A stretch of DNA of 64,000 nt from Eutreptiella sp. 'Long Island Sound 2002' (taxonomy: Eukaryota; Protista; Euglenida). Each line of letters begins with the position of its first letter. The stretch's first letter is position 1. The stretch lies in NCBI GenBank assembly GCA_964036045.1, contig OZ038378.1:170624001-170688000 (forward strand). Direction: 5' to 3'. Under the pieces are notes generated by a model. The model had not been told where the DNA came from. It searched no databases and worked only from the letters and a program-made list of their open reading frames with translations. Shown here piece by piece: positions 37,084-49,726 of the stretch. A program made the translations under genes and the position numbers.

Positions 37084-37164
37084 GGTCGTTTGCCCGAGCG
37101 GTCAAGGGGTGGCACTCAAGTTGCCATAGTTTCGGCTGCGTGGGTTCGAATCCCACAGCGACCA
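37084..37164 (+). tRNA. tRNA-Leu(CAA), intronless, inside kinesin intron 4
   Basis: Folded by hand: acceptor GGTCGTT/AGCGACC, D-stem CCC/GGG, anticodon stem TGGCA/TGCCA with loop CT-CAA-GT, long variable arm, T-arm GTGGG-TTCGAAT-CCCAC, discriminator A. A T-run follows downstream. Confidence 0.93.
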
Positions 37165-37950
37165 ACAATTTGTGTGGGTACTTTTTGTGCCAGCTTTGGC
37201 ACCTTCCTCCCCGAATCTGCGAACCAGTACAACATCTTCAACATCTTCATCCATCGGTCCTGTTTCTTCTATTTTTCTCTCAGTTGAGCGCTGAATCCCA
37301 AATCCCCATCCGTCCAATGCGTGCGGTTCGATAGAGCCCGCTGGGATAGGAGCGCACGTGTCACGGTAGAGTTCAGGAGGTGGGCAGCGCACACAGGAGG
37401 TGACGCAAGGTCCATTATTGCTGGTTTTTGCAGAGGCGCTGTGGGGCTGCGATGAGGTGCAGCACAGGCGCAGCAGAGGGTTTTTCCCATTTCAGGGGCC
37501 GTTGCGTGGCATTTGGGGTCGATGTGTTGTAAACGCGGTGTGGCTTTTGGGTTGAAGGGTCACCCGCAGCATTCTGATGCCCCCTGAGTTGTGCCACTTG
37601 GTTCACACAGATGCGTGTGCTTTCACGTGCGAATTTCGCATGCTCCAATATATTGGGAGGGGGATTCAGTTGATCATACCGACCGCATGGCTCTTTGACC
37701 CAATGGCCAAGTTTCACATCAGCAGCCACCAGCCTCTGCGATGTCAGATCAGTTGATTGGGCGCTGGGCTGTCCTGACTGCGCTGCGCGATGCCGCTCGC
37801 TGAGTTGTGGTTGCAGGAGAAGCCAGAATGACCGACCCGTGACCGATTCGTCACGCAAGCCACAGCCGACACCACACAGTAGGGGGGCATCATGCGGTCG
37901 GTATACTCGGGCACATACACCCCGCATTCCCCGTACTCTGTCTTGTCCAG

Positions 37951-38712
37951 TACCTCTGCAGCGACGTGCTGACTTTCGAGGTCATCGGTTTCCCTCGGCG
38001 CCGCCAGATTCGCCAGCTGCCTCGCCCCCTGGGGGACTCCCCTTCTGCGCCCGTGCGGCAGTGCTCCTCTCCAACCCCATCCCACAACCTGTTGAGCCCC
38101 ACGCAGATCCCATTATGCCGGCATTTGTCGTACAGCTCGGCCGGTTTGTGTCGTGATGAAAACGAGCCGTCGCCGTCCCAGGGCGCGATCCAGGCCCCCT
38201 ACTTACGGGCCGGCAGCTCCGACCCATCGACGCCACTGCAGCGGCAGCACACCGCGCCCGCGACCTCTTTCGCCACGCCGCAAGGCCGCGAGGCCTCTGA
38301 CCCCTCATCTCCGCTGGAACGTCCGAACACGGACCCCACATTCCGTTTGCACTCCCCGCAGGACCCGTTCTCCCCGTTACAGCGCCAGCGGTCAGCGCCC
38401 GTCATGGATCTGACCCCCCGCCACGACTGGCCAGCCCCATCAGCCCCATCGACTCCGCTCGACCGTCCCAAAGCCCCCGCCCCACTGCCCCCGGAGATCG
38501 AAACGAACCCGGACCGGCCCGAGTACGCCCAGCCCTCACCCCACGAGCCCTCTCCGGGCCCCTCCGAGCCGGCGCCGCACGACGACTCGGCCAGCGGTCC
38601 CCAGCCCTTCACGCGACGGACCTCCTGGATCTCGCGGCGCAATCCGGTCCAGGCTTTTGGCAAGTTCGTGAAGCGGAAGAAGTCTGTGGACGCGGCTCCG
38701 CAGCAGGCGTGA
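37951..38712 (+). CDS. Kinesin, exon 5 of 5 (end of C2-like domain plus Pro/Ser-rich tail)
   Basis: TCCAG|TAC acceptor gives DELGQ|YLCSDVLTFEVIGF in frame; ends at TGA 38710-38712. Spliced product is 819 aa. Confidence 0.8.
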   Translation, partial: YLCSDVLTFEVIGFPRRRQIRQLPRPLGDSPSAPVRQCSSPTPSHNLLSPTQIPLCRHLSYSSAGLCRDENEPSPSQGAIQAPYLRAGSSDPSTPLQRQHTAPATSFATPQGREASDPSSPLERPNTDPTFRLHSPQDPFSPLQRQRSAPVMDLTPRHDWPAPSAPSTPLDRPKAPAPLPPEIETNPDRPEYAQPSPHEPSPGPSEPAPHDDSASGPQPFTRRTSWISRRNPVQAFGKFVKRKKSVDAAPQQA

Positions 38713-41700
38713 CATGGGCATCGTGCGAGGGCATCGGGCACCGGGGCGCCGCCGCCCGAGGGCGAGGGCACCGAGCGAGGCGTTTTCCGTGCCGCAGCCG
38801 CGGTCTGCATCCCCACCTCAGCGGTGCCATTTTGGAGGTGAAATACAACACGTTGTCGCCCTCCCAGTCTCTGTCCGTGCAGTGGCAAGCGCAGACCGTA
38901 TCATGTACCCTATCCATTCTCCTGTTTCCATCGTCGGACGCACACCAAGTTCCAATGGTGTTGCAGTGCCCAGACACTCAGCCGTGTCCGTGCCTCAAAA
39001 CGTGACCTCTTGCACGCCGGCCGGGCACGTCCGACCAGCCGGCCCAAAGGTTGCTGTGGGCTCCCAGACAGGATAGCGGGGAAACTGCGCAAGGGAAGGA
39101 TCAGGCGGGATGGCGTGGCAGTGCCCGCGGCACACCCGGACGGCTCCCGGCAGAGGAATGTGAGACCTGATCCAAGCGTCACGGGCCTCTCAAAACATCT
39201 GGAGGGAGAAGCCAGGCCTTTGTCGGATTTTTGGTCTCCCCCTGGAGTGGCTTTCTTTTTTTTTTCTCTTGGAGCCAACCTCTCTACGGCTCTCGTTCGC
39301 ACTCACTTACAAACTGAAAATTCACGGCTCACCTGCACTCCTCGAGTTCGCTGAGTCTGTGGATTCCGTCCTCCTTCTTTCCCTCCCTCTCCCTTCCTCT
39401 TCCTTCGACACGCCTTCGTTCATGTACTACACTGCACAAAGGGGCCATGTTCGGAGACACAAAGGGACAGAACCTGGCCCGTGTTCGGACAGTGGACTGA
39501 ACGTTATGGGCCCCACCAAAGATCTTTCAAGGGATTGCTCCGCATGTCAAATGGCCCCAGACACTGCTACCGGAGCTCATCTGCGGGTCGCCAGGCTGCC
39601 AGGCTACACGGCGAAACGATAATTTTTTGCCACCGCAACTGTCAGTAGCACGTCAATGTCAGAAAAGGCTCTGGGTAACCCACTGATGAGCATGTACTTC
39701 TATGAGCCTCTTTGTTTCCGTTCTGTTTTTAGCTCGGCCATGGTGGCTTGCAGGCACAAGGCATCAAAGTTGACATGCAGAGGGCATTCAAGCAGAGTCT
39801 TGGACCTTCCTTACAGTTCATGCCCGTATAAATTGAGCTGCCACATCTGCCCCTCCCTCCTACTGCCCTCCTGCTGCCACTGCCAACCTTATTGGTCATC
39901 TCCGATTTCAGGCCCGAGGCTTCGGGTTCCATGTCAACTCTGCAATGCTCCCAGTCGGTCCTGTACGCTGTCTCTACGGCGGGCCATCTGCCATCCCATC
40001 AAAGCCAATACTTCCAATCAACAAGTGGCTTGGGAACAAACAACACTCCTGGGCACTGCTTCCTCGGTGGCCCTTGGTCCTGTCCAATGGTGGTGCTGCA
40101 CCATCATGTCTTGCAAACAAATAGCGAAGCGGGAATGAGTTTCTGGTCGTTTGCTCGTTGTGCGTTGTGTTGAAGGGAATATTGCGAATGCCCAGATTTG
40201 AACATTCAAACCGCCCCCTCAGTCCGCTGAACTCCCTGAGAGAGCCATCGGGCATCTTCTTATGGCGGATACTTCTGCGTGCCGCAGGTGCTGCAGACCG
40301 GGAATAATTCTATTCCAACCCCAAAACACCAAAACCTACAATAAGAAGAAAAAACCACGTTTCGCTCGTGGTAGTTGTCCACAAAAATGGTTCTTAAGTG
40401 GGTGGCACATTGATCTGTTGGCACCATCTCTCCACAAATTTATTTATTTGATTTATTCCAAAGGCACCGCTCAGGCACACTGCAGGCATGCCGCAAGTGC
40501 CATGGCTCGCCACAATCCGTGCAACCAGGCGATCATTTTCAGTCATTTATATCGGACCACCCCTCAACTCCCCCTTGGTGCAAGACAGGACCCCCCCCCC
40601 CCCCAACACACAGGAAATTAATTTTCCCCCGGCTGTCAGGTAGCCCAACAGGCTGCCCAACTCTCACATTTTTTGCAGAACCTGCCTTCTTGACCCCCAA
40701 CCCGACGGGAGGGTAACCAACCCACCTCTCCACAAGTGGAGGATTTCCCCATCAAAAGGCGAACACATACATACACCAGGCAGTACCAACCGGCAGACTC
40801 TTTCAGCCTGCATGGCATCCGCCTTAGCACCATTGGTGGCTGTTGCACAGCTGCTAGCATGAGCTTCCATCATTCATCGTTGCATGGCCCTGGTGCTCAG
40901 TAAGGTGTGAGCCATGCAGGCCTAGGTGGGGCTCCTCCCTGCCCTAGCCGTATGCCAAGCACGTGGGTGTACTGGGCTGTGCACACGCTGTGCATAAATT
41001 CAGCTGTATTGGACCCACCAACTGGGAGTGGGAAATAGGTTTACCCCCACCAACGTTGTTGGTATGAACCTCACAGTTTGACTAGAGATTGTAATTATGT
41101 CACGGCCCCAACGGATTGTAACTATGTCACGGCCCAAACAGGGACGCAGAGTAGGCAAGCATCACCGCGGACACATGGCGCTTGAATGCGCGCCCCCTGT
41201 ATAATACTTGTTGGCAGGGCTGATGGGTATTGCTGCCTTCCAGCTGATGGAGGCGCTACATGGAATGGCATACAGCCAGTGCCATACTCAAGAGTGGTCG
41301 GGGGATACTGCAACTCAATTGTGCATCGTGTCCGCAGGTCCAGTAGGGCCGAGACCTGTCGGTAGTGAATGTTGCTGTTGTATTGTGAGTTTATTGGGGC
41401 ACGAGTTTGTCCAAAGGCAGGGAGGCTGATGTTGCACTGCAAGCACCGCCACGGCACTCGACAAGACCCCCATTCGCTGACCTGCAGACGGCCTCTGTGT
41501 ACATTGGGCCGTGGGACAGTCCCCGGCGCCTATTTTCGGCTGCAGCAAATCAGTTGGGGTGGGGACCTGAGCCGGTGCTCTGCGGTGGCACGTAGTGCAA
41601 CAAAGCCCCCCTCGTCAGGCCGCGCTTCTCTGCGCCGGGGGGTGTCGGGCAGCGCGGTGGAAGTCGGGGTCGGGGAAGCCCAGCGAAGGGACATGATGTG

Positions 41701-44700
41701 CGGTGCCTAGGGACGCAACGGAACTTCACCCGTTGCCGGGATAACACAGTCTGACCTGCACACGCATGGCGGACAAAAACTGAGCCACGTATAATGAAAG
41801 TTGTTGCTGTCCACCACCGCTTGTGTCCCTCTTTTTGTGTCATGGACATTCCGATGTTTCACTGGTTTTCAATGGGTGTGCGTTGGGCGAGTTGCATTTT
41901 ACGCGCAACATCGGATGCTGACGCAGTCCCCAAGCACTTCAAGGGGCCAGCCGGCCGACCGGCCAGCACGCAAGGCAGCACCCACGCCTGACTGCAGTTT
42001 GCGGGATGCACCTTTGTGTTGGTGTGTTGTGTCAGGGTAGGTACAGGGGCCACGGCTACAGTGGCAGAAGACCGTCGCACTTGCTCTTTACACTCAATGA
42101 GCCTCGGCTGCCAGACAGCCACTCAAATCGCCAGCCAGCGATGTCTGTGTTGCCTTCTGCAGGGCCAGTGGACTGAATGGGGCGGGGCATATTGTCTGTT
42201 GTCCCGGTTCCCCACACGCACCCCACCCTTGAGGGTTGGGATGTGTGTGCGGGGGGGGGGGGGGGGCGGGGGGGGGGGGGCAGTGCCAAGAGGAGGGTGC
42301 ATCACAGAAGATTGAGCAGCAGACTTTTCCACCATGTGCCCCAGTAGCACCTTGGGATGCCTACGGGCGTGGCAGTTCCCGCTGCATCTTCTGGGTTCAG
42401 ATTTAGCCTGCCCCACGTGTCATGTCCGCTACCGCACTGGGCTGTGGGACACTCGGAGCGCTGGACTGCTCTGATCCCTGATTCCGAGAACTCTCTTGAG
42501 TACCGTCTGGTCAGAGCGCTTCGCCAGCCTGTCAAGGTCTGAACCAAAACGAAAAAACAAGTCGAGCAGCAGACTTTTCCGTACAGACCTGCATTGCACG
42601 GGTCAGGCCCCTTTGCTTTCCAGTCTGTTCAGGGCTGTTACTGTCTGTCAGTGGGCAGGACACCTCCGGCGCAATGCGCCGGAAGCAAAGGTCTCTGGGC
42701 TGCAGAAGTGGCCTTGGGCTTGTCCAACGACCCGCTGGCCAAAGGGCGTGAGGACGGTGAAGGGGGGGTTTACAAGCAGCCCCCCATGGCGTCCGCCGTG
42801 GTGCGTGTGGGGCGGGCCGTACTGTCGCCTTGCTACCCCCAACCCCCCGTGTCCAACGAATGCCTTGTCCAACGAACACTTCCGTTCGGATCTTATTGTT
42901 TGAGGACTTTATTGTTCGCTGCACACGGGGTCGGGGGAGGGCACCGCCCTGCCCCGGGCGGTGGTGCCTCCCCCTCGCGACCCCCCCCCCCCCCCTTGTG
43001 CCCGCCCTCTACCCGAGGGGGGACGGCTGGCATTGGTAATGACGATGTGTCGGAACGGATCTCCCGTAATTCCTCAGTCCCGAACCCCGGGTAGCATGTG
43101 CTGGTGCCTTATCATCGCTGTCTCATTTTGGAGGCCGCTTACCCCAAAAAGTGAGCTGAACGCACCCGTCAATCTTTTGGTACACGTACGTGTTGGCCAC
43201 GGCATAATTCTGGTTGAATAAAGAATAGGGGTCGCGGGTTTCAATTTTGACTCGAATGGTTTGCGCGCCGGAGACAGACGGGCGCGCAGGTGTCAGTTAC
43301 CCCGTGGGAGTGGCTGTCAAGGTGGCGTTGTTGGCCGAGTGCACTGGACGCATCGGCGGATGATCGACGGGTAGTGGGGCCGCGGGATGTGCCCGGCAGG
43401 CGTGCACTGCGTGCAACACACACAAGAGTGGGCTCACAAGTGTGCCCACCAGAGTTGCCATCAGACGTGCGTTGCATTCCCCGCCGCCACTTCAGGGCAC
43501 GTGCCATTCCTGGAGTGAAGGGTCGGGAGGGGGTAGGCGGGTACACCAGCATCCCAGCAGCTCTTGGTAGCGAGCAAGTCTGCCCAGCACAAGGATTTTG
43601 TTGTTCTGCATTGGGGACCGATCGTTGAGTGTGGGCTGACCGATGCCAGCAGCTTTTGGATTTTTGGTTCTCAGGGAATGCCCTGCGGACGGGGAGGGAA
43701 TGGCGGGGGGGCTGCACGTGGTCCATGGGTGAGATGCCACGCTTTTCACAGGCAACCTCGTTGCAACCGCGAAAAGGGGAGCGGCTCATTGTTGTTGGGC
43801 ATACCAAAAGCTGAGCCGCAGTCAAGATTTCGTCAGACATTCCTGCGATGCACTGTTCAACAGGTCCCACAACGGCTTGGCTGTTGTGCTTTCCATCGAT
43901 TTCGCCGTTGCGAAACGGGGGCTGCCAACCACCGGCGGTTACTCCCACCCGCTGAGTGCCCCTGCGTCGCTCTGCTGCACACAGGCCTCAACCTTCATCG
44001 TCTGTCCCCGATGCTCCACCGGGTCCCAGGGCATTGATTCCCCCACCGGGATCCATTGGGCACACGCTGGACCTCAGGACGGCGAGTCGCAAAGGGACGA
44101 TTCCCCATCATTCAAACCTCAAATCGGGCCTACTGTTTGCCCAGGGGAGGAAGCGCGGTGCCGGGTAGGTTTTGCCACATGTGCGTGCAGTGCGCAGTGT
44201 GCACGCAGTAACAACCTTGCCATGGCTTGATTTTGCGACTCTGGATAGGGATTTCGCGTGTTTTGAACCTCCCACCCTTTGTCCAGCCCCCGCCCCCTCT
44301 CCATATGTAAGTGATACGCGTCGGGGCAAACCCATCGGGTAGGCACAGGGCCTCGGTAGGAGGGGGGAAGGGAGAACCAAGAGATAATCCACAACGCCTA
44401 AAGGCCTGTGCTGAACAAAGCAGACATTGCTGCGAACAATCTGTGACCAGAGGCGCCTCTGGCGCCGTGTTCATGACAATGCACTCTGAGAGTTCCTGGA
44501 GTGATTCCGGAGGGTGACGACCATCGTCGATTTTATGGCCAGCCCCCCCCCCCCCCCCGGGTCAGGACCATGCTGCTTAAATGAAACCCTGACATCATGC
44601 CCCTGGGAGGGGAGGGGGGGGGGTCATTTGCTGGTTCCAAAGAAAATCGCATCAGTTCCACGTGATGGTTTTGCTGCACCCCCTTCTGCCCTCGTGTGCT

Positions 44701-45325
44701 ATGTTGCTCTGTTCATCTTTCTCATGAGGCATTGTTCTCAGAGGTCATGTGCACATCCTTTTTTCTGACCCATTCCACTCCTCAGACTCTGAAAATGTTC
44801 CCCCAAGGCACTGTTGTGCGCCATGTCCGCTCTACGAAGGAGCCGGTGCTGGCTGTTGTCCAGGGCCCCTCACCCCATGGCGAACAGTGCAGAAGCGTTT
44901 CCTGCAAGCGTGGTGCCACTGATTGTGCATGAGCGCGCCGCAGTGAAACGCATGGCACCACTGCGTGCAACCTCACCGCCCCTGCCTCACGAGGAAACAT
45001 CTGTGCAACAGGCAAATCTCTTGCCCCCCAAGGGTCTTCGACAGTTGCAGTCCACCCTCGGTGTTAGGCAACAACGTTCCTCACAACAACAGTCACGTCC
45101 AATCTGTCCGTCCCATTTGTACATAGAGCTGGCAATAAAAAAACGAATGGTCATGCAACGCCGTATACTCGTTTCTGTGATGTACGCAATTCCCTTTCTT
45201 TATTTGCAAGACTTTCCTCTACATCACAAGGCAGCAGTGCATTTATTTCAGTATTTGGATGCAACGATTCTGGTGTGCCGGTGGGCCAGAGGGTGTAGCA
45301 AAAATCACGTGATTTGGCGTTTTCC

Positions 45326-45367
<42 letters not shown>

Positions 45368-45927
45368 CGCGTGTCTGACTGCGTTGTGTGGCCCTGTGTT
45401 TGCATCACGTGTTTCTGTGACTGTTCTCATGCTCTGCTGCGGGCACAAGGGCACAAAGGAAGAGGAGCTCGAGGAGGTGCAAAATGTGCTTGTAAACTGT
45501 GCAATAGCACTGACCAAAGCAAACCGCTGGTTTGGGAAGAGCTTTGGCGAAATTCGCCTCCAATGGGGAGATTACAGCATGGGACTTCATGGAATCCCAA
45601 GCCAACTTGTGAGATGGTGATTTGAGTGTGTCTTAAAAATTGTTGATTGTGCCTGCAAGTTTCACACCAAAACATACATTCCCGTTGCATCGGACACCTT
45701 GCAAATCCCCCTTGTACACTTTCGGAGCATTGGGACCCCCCCCCCCCCGGGCGTAGGTTGAGGAAGCCACACCCCCCCCCCCCCCCTAGGTGTAGGTTGA
45801 GGAGGCCTGACGTAATTTGTTGAGCCCAGCAGTAGGGCAATCAAACAGGAGGAACATGTGGATTGCTGCATTGTTGAGAACCTCGCAGCTTGAGCAGTGG
45901 TTGAATGAATTCATGAATCCATGGCCC

Positions 45928-46231
45928 GCCACCGGACATGGCCCCTGCAAAGCGACGAAAGCTTGTCACTCTTGAGGACCTGTGGGGAATGGCACACACG
46001 TGATGCACCATGTCTTAACCCCCTTAGCTCTTACGCATTATAGGCTTGCCATATGGCGTGGCGGTTTTGCCTACCGCATCAGAGAGCCCTCTGGTATACG
46101 CATGTGAACCCTGGGTCTTTGCCATGTGCCCCGCGTTGCGGGGATCCACTGTATCATATGCTGGAGACGCCCACTTTCCCAAGCACAGTCTTGAGTACTC
46201 TTTGAACTTGTGGAGTCAGTGAAAAAAAAAA
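45928..46231 (+). mobile_element. Poly(A)-tailed SINE-like retroposon, copy 2 (longer 5' part)
   Basis: 46053-46231 matches copy 1 and ends in A10. Flanked by the 25-bp duplication GAATGAATTCATGA(A/T)T(C/T)CATGGCCC (45903-45927 and 46232-46256). Confidence 0.8.
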
Positions 46232-47009
46232 GAATGAATTCATGATTTCATGGCCCCACATGCACCTCGACACCTCACAGAACTTTTGTTCCAAGGAAAC
46301 GACCACAATGCGTTGAGGTGCACAATTCTATTAGAATTTGAGGCAAGGTTCTTGAAGGAAAACCTGTACCCTTGCACTGCCACAATAATGCACAACCGCC
46401 ACATAACCAACAAGTGAACAGAGTGTGACGAAAATCATCCCATGTGGCAGGGCAATGGCAAATTATTGCGTCCGTGTGCACATGCACACACAGAGCTCCA
46501 AAGTACATAAGATAGGCAGGCGCAAGAGGTCACAGGACGCGAAGTTAGACAGGCGCAGGCAGAAACGCTCATGGGGACGAGGTGTCAAGAGGAGCACTTT
46601 AGTGCAGCCGTCAGGCAGCATTGAAGAGGAGGACGTGCTATTGGACAGAAGATGGGGCAAGCGTAAGTGGCGAGGGCCACTCAAACTGCTGGATCCAGGG
46701 AGGCGACCGAATATTGAACTCATGGTTTTGCTGATGGTTGTAGGACAGTAGGGCGTTTCCGCACATTGACTGCTTTTGCTTCTTGTTTTGCTGCGGGGGG
46801 CGGATGAGGCACGTTGGGGCCAGCATGCACCCTGCTTCGCAAATCTTGTTGCTTATCCAACACCCTGAAGCTGTGAATCAGTGTGCTAGTCAAAGGCCTG
46901 CCAGTGAGGCCCCCTTGGACATGGAACTCATGGTTGCTCTGATGACTTGTAGGCCGTTTAGGCTTGTTGAATCTAGCAGTTGGAGCATGATTTGAAGTAA
47001 TTGGGCGTC

Positions 47010-47571
47010 ACGCACAGAGGTTTCGGCCTAGGCGAGGCCCTTAGATGCGACCCCAGTGGGCGCCAGACAAGACAACGGATAGGTTCCGTGCGCGCTGGCC
47101 TGATTTTTGATGGCGCCCCAGGCAACCACGGGGCCCTTGGACCCATGCGGGTCTCCCTCTTTAATATTGTTCTTTCCCTTGGGTATCACACACACACACA
47201 CACACACAAGCGAAAGGTAAGCAGCCAGTCAGGCACCATGATATATGGGAGGACATATACCAACTGTTGCAAGGCAGGGCTGCGCTAGTGTCCGTCACCC
47301 ATACCCATGTGTATGGACACAATAAATTGAAATGTAGCGACGCAGTAGATGCTCTAGCCATGGTTGGGGCAACTAAGTCCACGGTACACAAAACGGTACA
47401 GCCTGGGGGGCGGACGGAAGACGAGCTGGGGGCTAGGAGGCAAAAGCACACAAGAACAAGAGGGGTAAAGAGGCAGGCAACAGTGCAAGTCTCAGACAGT
47501 GACTCAAGGAGTGACAGGCATGAACAGAGCATGGATTCAATCACCCCCAAGGTGGGGCAATTGGCAATTGG

Positions 47572-47575
<4 letters not shown>
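47010..47575 (+). mobile_element. 3' fragment of a different, possibly RNase H-bearing LINE (family F)
   Basis: HVYGHNKLKCSDAVDALAMVGA resembles the RNase H C-terminal motif (H-x-x-GH..N-x-x-AD-x-LA..GA). The RRQK..RGVKR tail is shared with 46540-46620. Ends at (CA)n. Confidence 0.45.
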
Positions 47576-47602
<27 letters not shown>

Positions 47603-47606
47603 GCAC

Positions 47607-47647
<41 letters not shown>

Positions 47648-47650
<3 letters not shown>

Positions 47651-48807
47651 GAGAGAGGCCGGGTCTTACGACTGGCAATGGCAAATGCGCAGCGCCTGGT
47701 CACCAAAGGCCACTTGCATCCAGCGCGTGTGGTCACACGCTGCAGCTCTTTAGTTCCTTTGGGGGGGCCGGCACTCTGCGGCCTGAACTGCCGCCCCTAT
47801 TTCACCTGCCGCAGTGCCATGAACATGCACGTTCAGCAGTTAGCGGCATACTGTGAGCGCACGTGGGCCACCAAGGTTGGTCTCAACAGAATACACAAAC
47901 TGCGCCCGTACACACATAGGCCACGCAGAACAGCGCAGGAAGTGGAGGAGCATCGACTACAGCGTGCACTCCAGGGGAATCTGCAGTTGGGGCTGGCTCC
48001 GTCCTCGGAGCAGACCAATTTTGCCAAAGGGGGGGGGGGGGGCTGCTCCTCCTTTGCAGCTGATTTCTTCCCTGTGATAGGGGATGGGAAGCTCCCACAG
48101 CGCCCCTACACCGGGACACGCAGGCGCGCAAACACACACAGGGCGCCACCACCGGCGCCGCCGGCTGATCCGTCAAAGTGTGCCCAGCACTCTGCTGACG
48201 CATGCACGACCTGCAAGAGACTTCGGCGCACAGCTGAAGCATGCTGTGCGCTGGGGCATCACGCTGATGACCACATAGCACGCAGACCGCAACTGCAACT
48301 GTGCCCACTGCATGGCCTGCCACCGTGCCCGAGGTGCACACTCAAGCAAAGGGGAGTGCGCCACTGCTGTCAGCGGGGACACCATAAAGTGTGCACCCCA
48401 GTGCCTGCGCGCCGGAAGCGCCCACTTGCTGCACATGCACAACTGCCCCACAAACGACCACGCCTGCAAGGGCCTGCACGTATCTCTACGGGTCTGCTGA
48501 GGTCCCCACACCAACCCCCCACCCCTCCAGCCCCCAAACGCAGGAGGCCGAAAACACCCCCCCCTCCGTCCCCACCAGCCCCAGTTCCACGGGGGCTGGA
48601 GGAGACCGTGGCCGAGGATGTCGCCCGCCCGCTTTTCGTGACGAGGCACGGGAGAGCGAACACTTTGGATACCTAGCCAGCAAAATACAGAGGTTCTGAT
48701 TCCGCAGAAGGGAGGGAAACAACGTCACAAAGAGGCCTCAGCAGACCTGAGCCAAATGAGGCGTCCAGCCCAACGCTGCACAAGGGTCCACCTCTAAAAG
48801 TACAGAT
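47648..48807 (+). mobile_element. 5'-truncated LINE copy (subfamily D, copy 2)
   Basis: Near-identical to about 2845-3999, with a different 5' breakpoint and the same 3' end; (CA)n on both sides. Confidence 0.88.
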
Positions 48808-48811
48808 CACA

Positions 48812-48848
<37 letters not shown>

Positions 48849-48850
<2 letters not shown>

Positions 48851-49340
48851 GGATCCCCGGCTCACTCAACCGGGCTAAGCGTAGGTCTCGCAACGGTAAG
48901 GTCGTGGGTTCGATCCCCGGAGCAGGCATATCTGGAGGCGGGCGGCGGCAGCCGTGCGTCAAGGGCATCCTTTCTGGCGAAATCGCCAAATGAGTAGGCT
49001 GTGGAGGCCGCCTCGCTGCCGCGAGCACCACCAGCTGTGGAAGCTCCAAGACACATACAACACACGGGGCAACATGGCGATGACGGGCTCGTCGAACTCA
49101 TGCCGTGGAGCTGGCCCGGCGGAAGCCACGGAGCCACCACCCCACTTCCAGGGTGGTCCTCGGGCAGCGAGCCAGGGTCTGGCCCAAGTGCATATCGCAC
49201 TGGTCGAGGGGTAACACAGGGACGCACTCACACCCCTGGCCTGCACCGTGGGCGTGCTATGATGGGGTAAGCGACCCGACCCGAGGACGCCAGTGTGGCC
49301 TATACGGGCTCAACCGGGAGACCTGGTAAAAATGGTACAA

Positions 49341-49342
<2 letters not shown>
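48849..49342 (+). mobile_element. tRNA-derived SINE-like element between (CA)n tracts
   Basis: Head 48858-48926 has A-box-like CTCAACCGGGCTAAGCG, loop CT-CGC-AA with a broken stem, and B-box GGTTCGATCCC. A ~410-nt body ends GGTACAAT|(CA)n. Confidence 0.65.

Positions 49343-49726
<384 letters not shown>

Noticed and set aside
45459-45535. TPR-like peptide EEELEEVQNVLVNCAIALTKANRW as an exon
   Set aside because: Too short, and no partner exons could be identified.
47267-48676. 469-aa ORF as a gene
   Set aside because: It is a chance in-frame fusion of an RNase H-like tail, a (CA)n tract (HT repeat) and LINE D C-terminal sequence.
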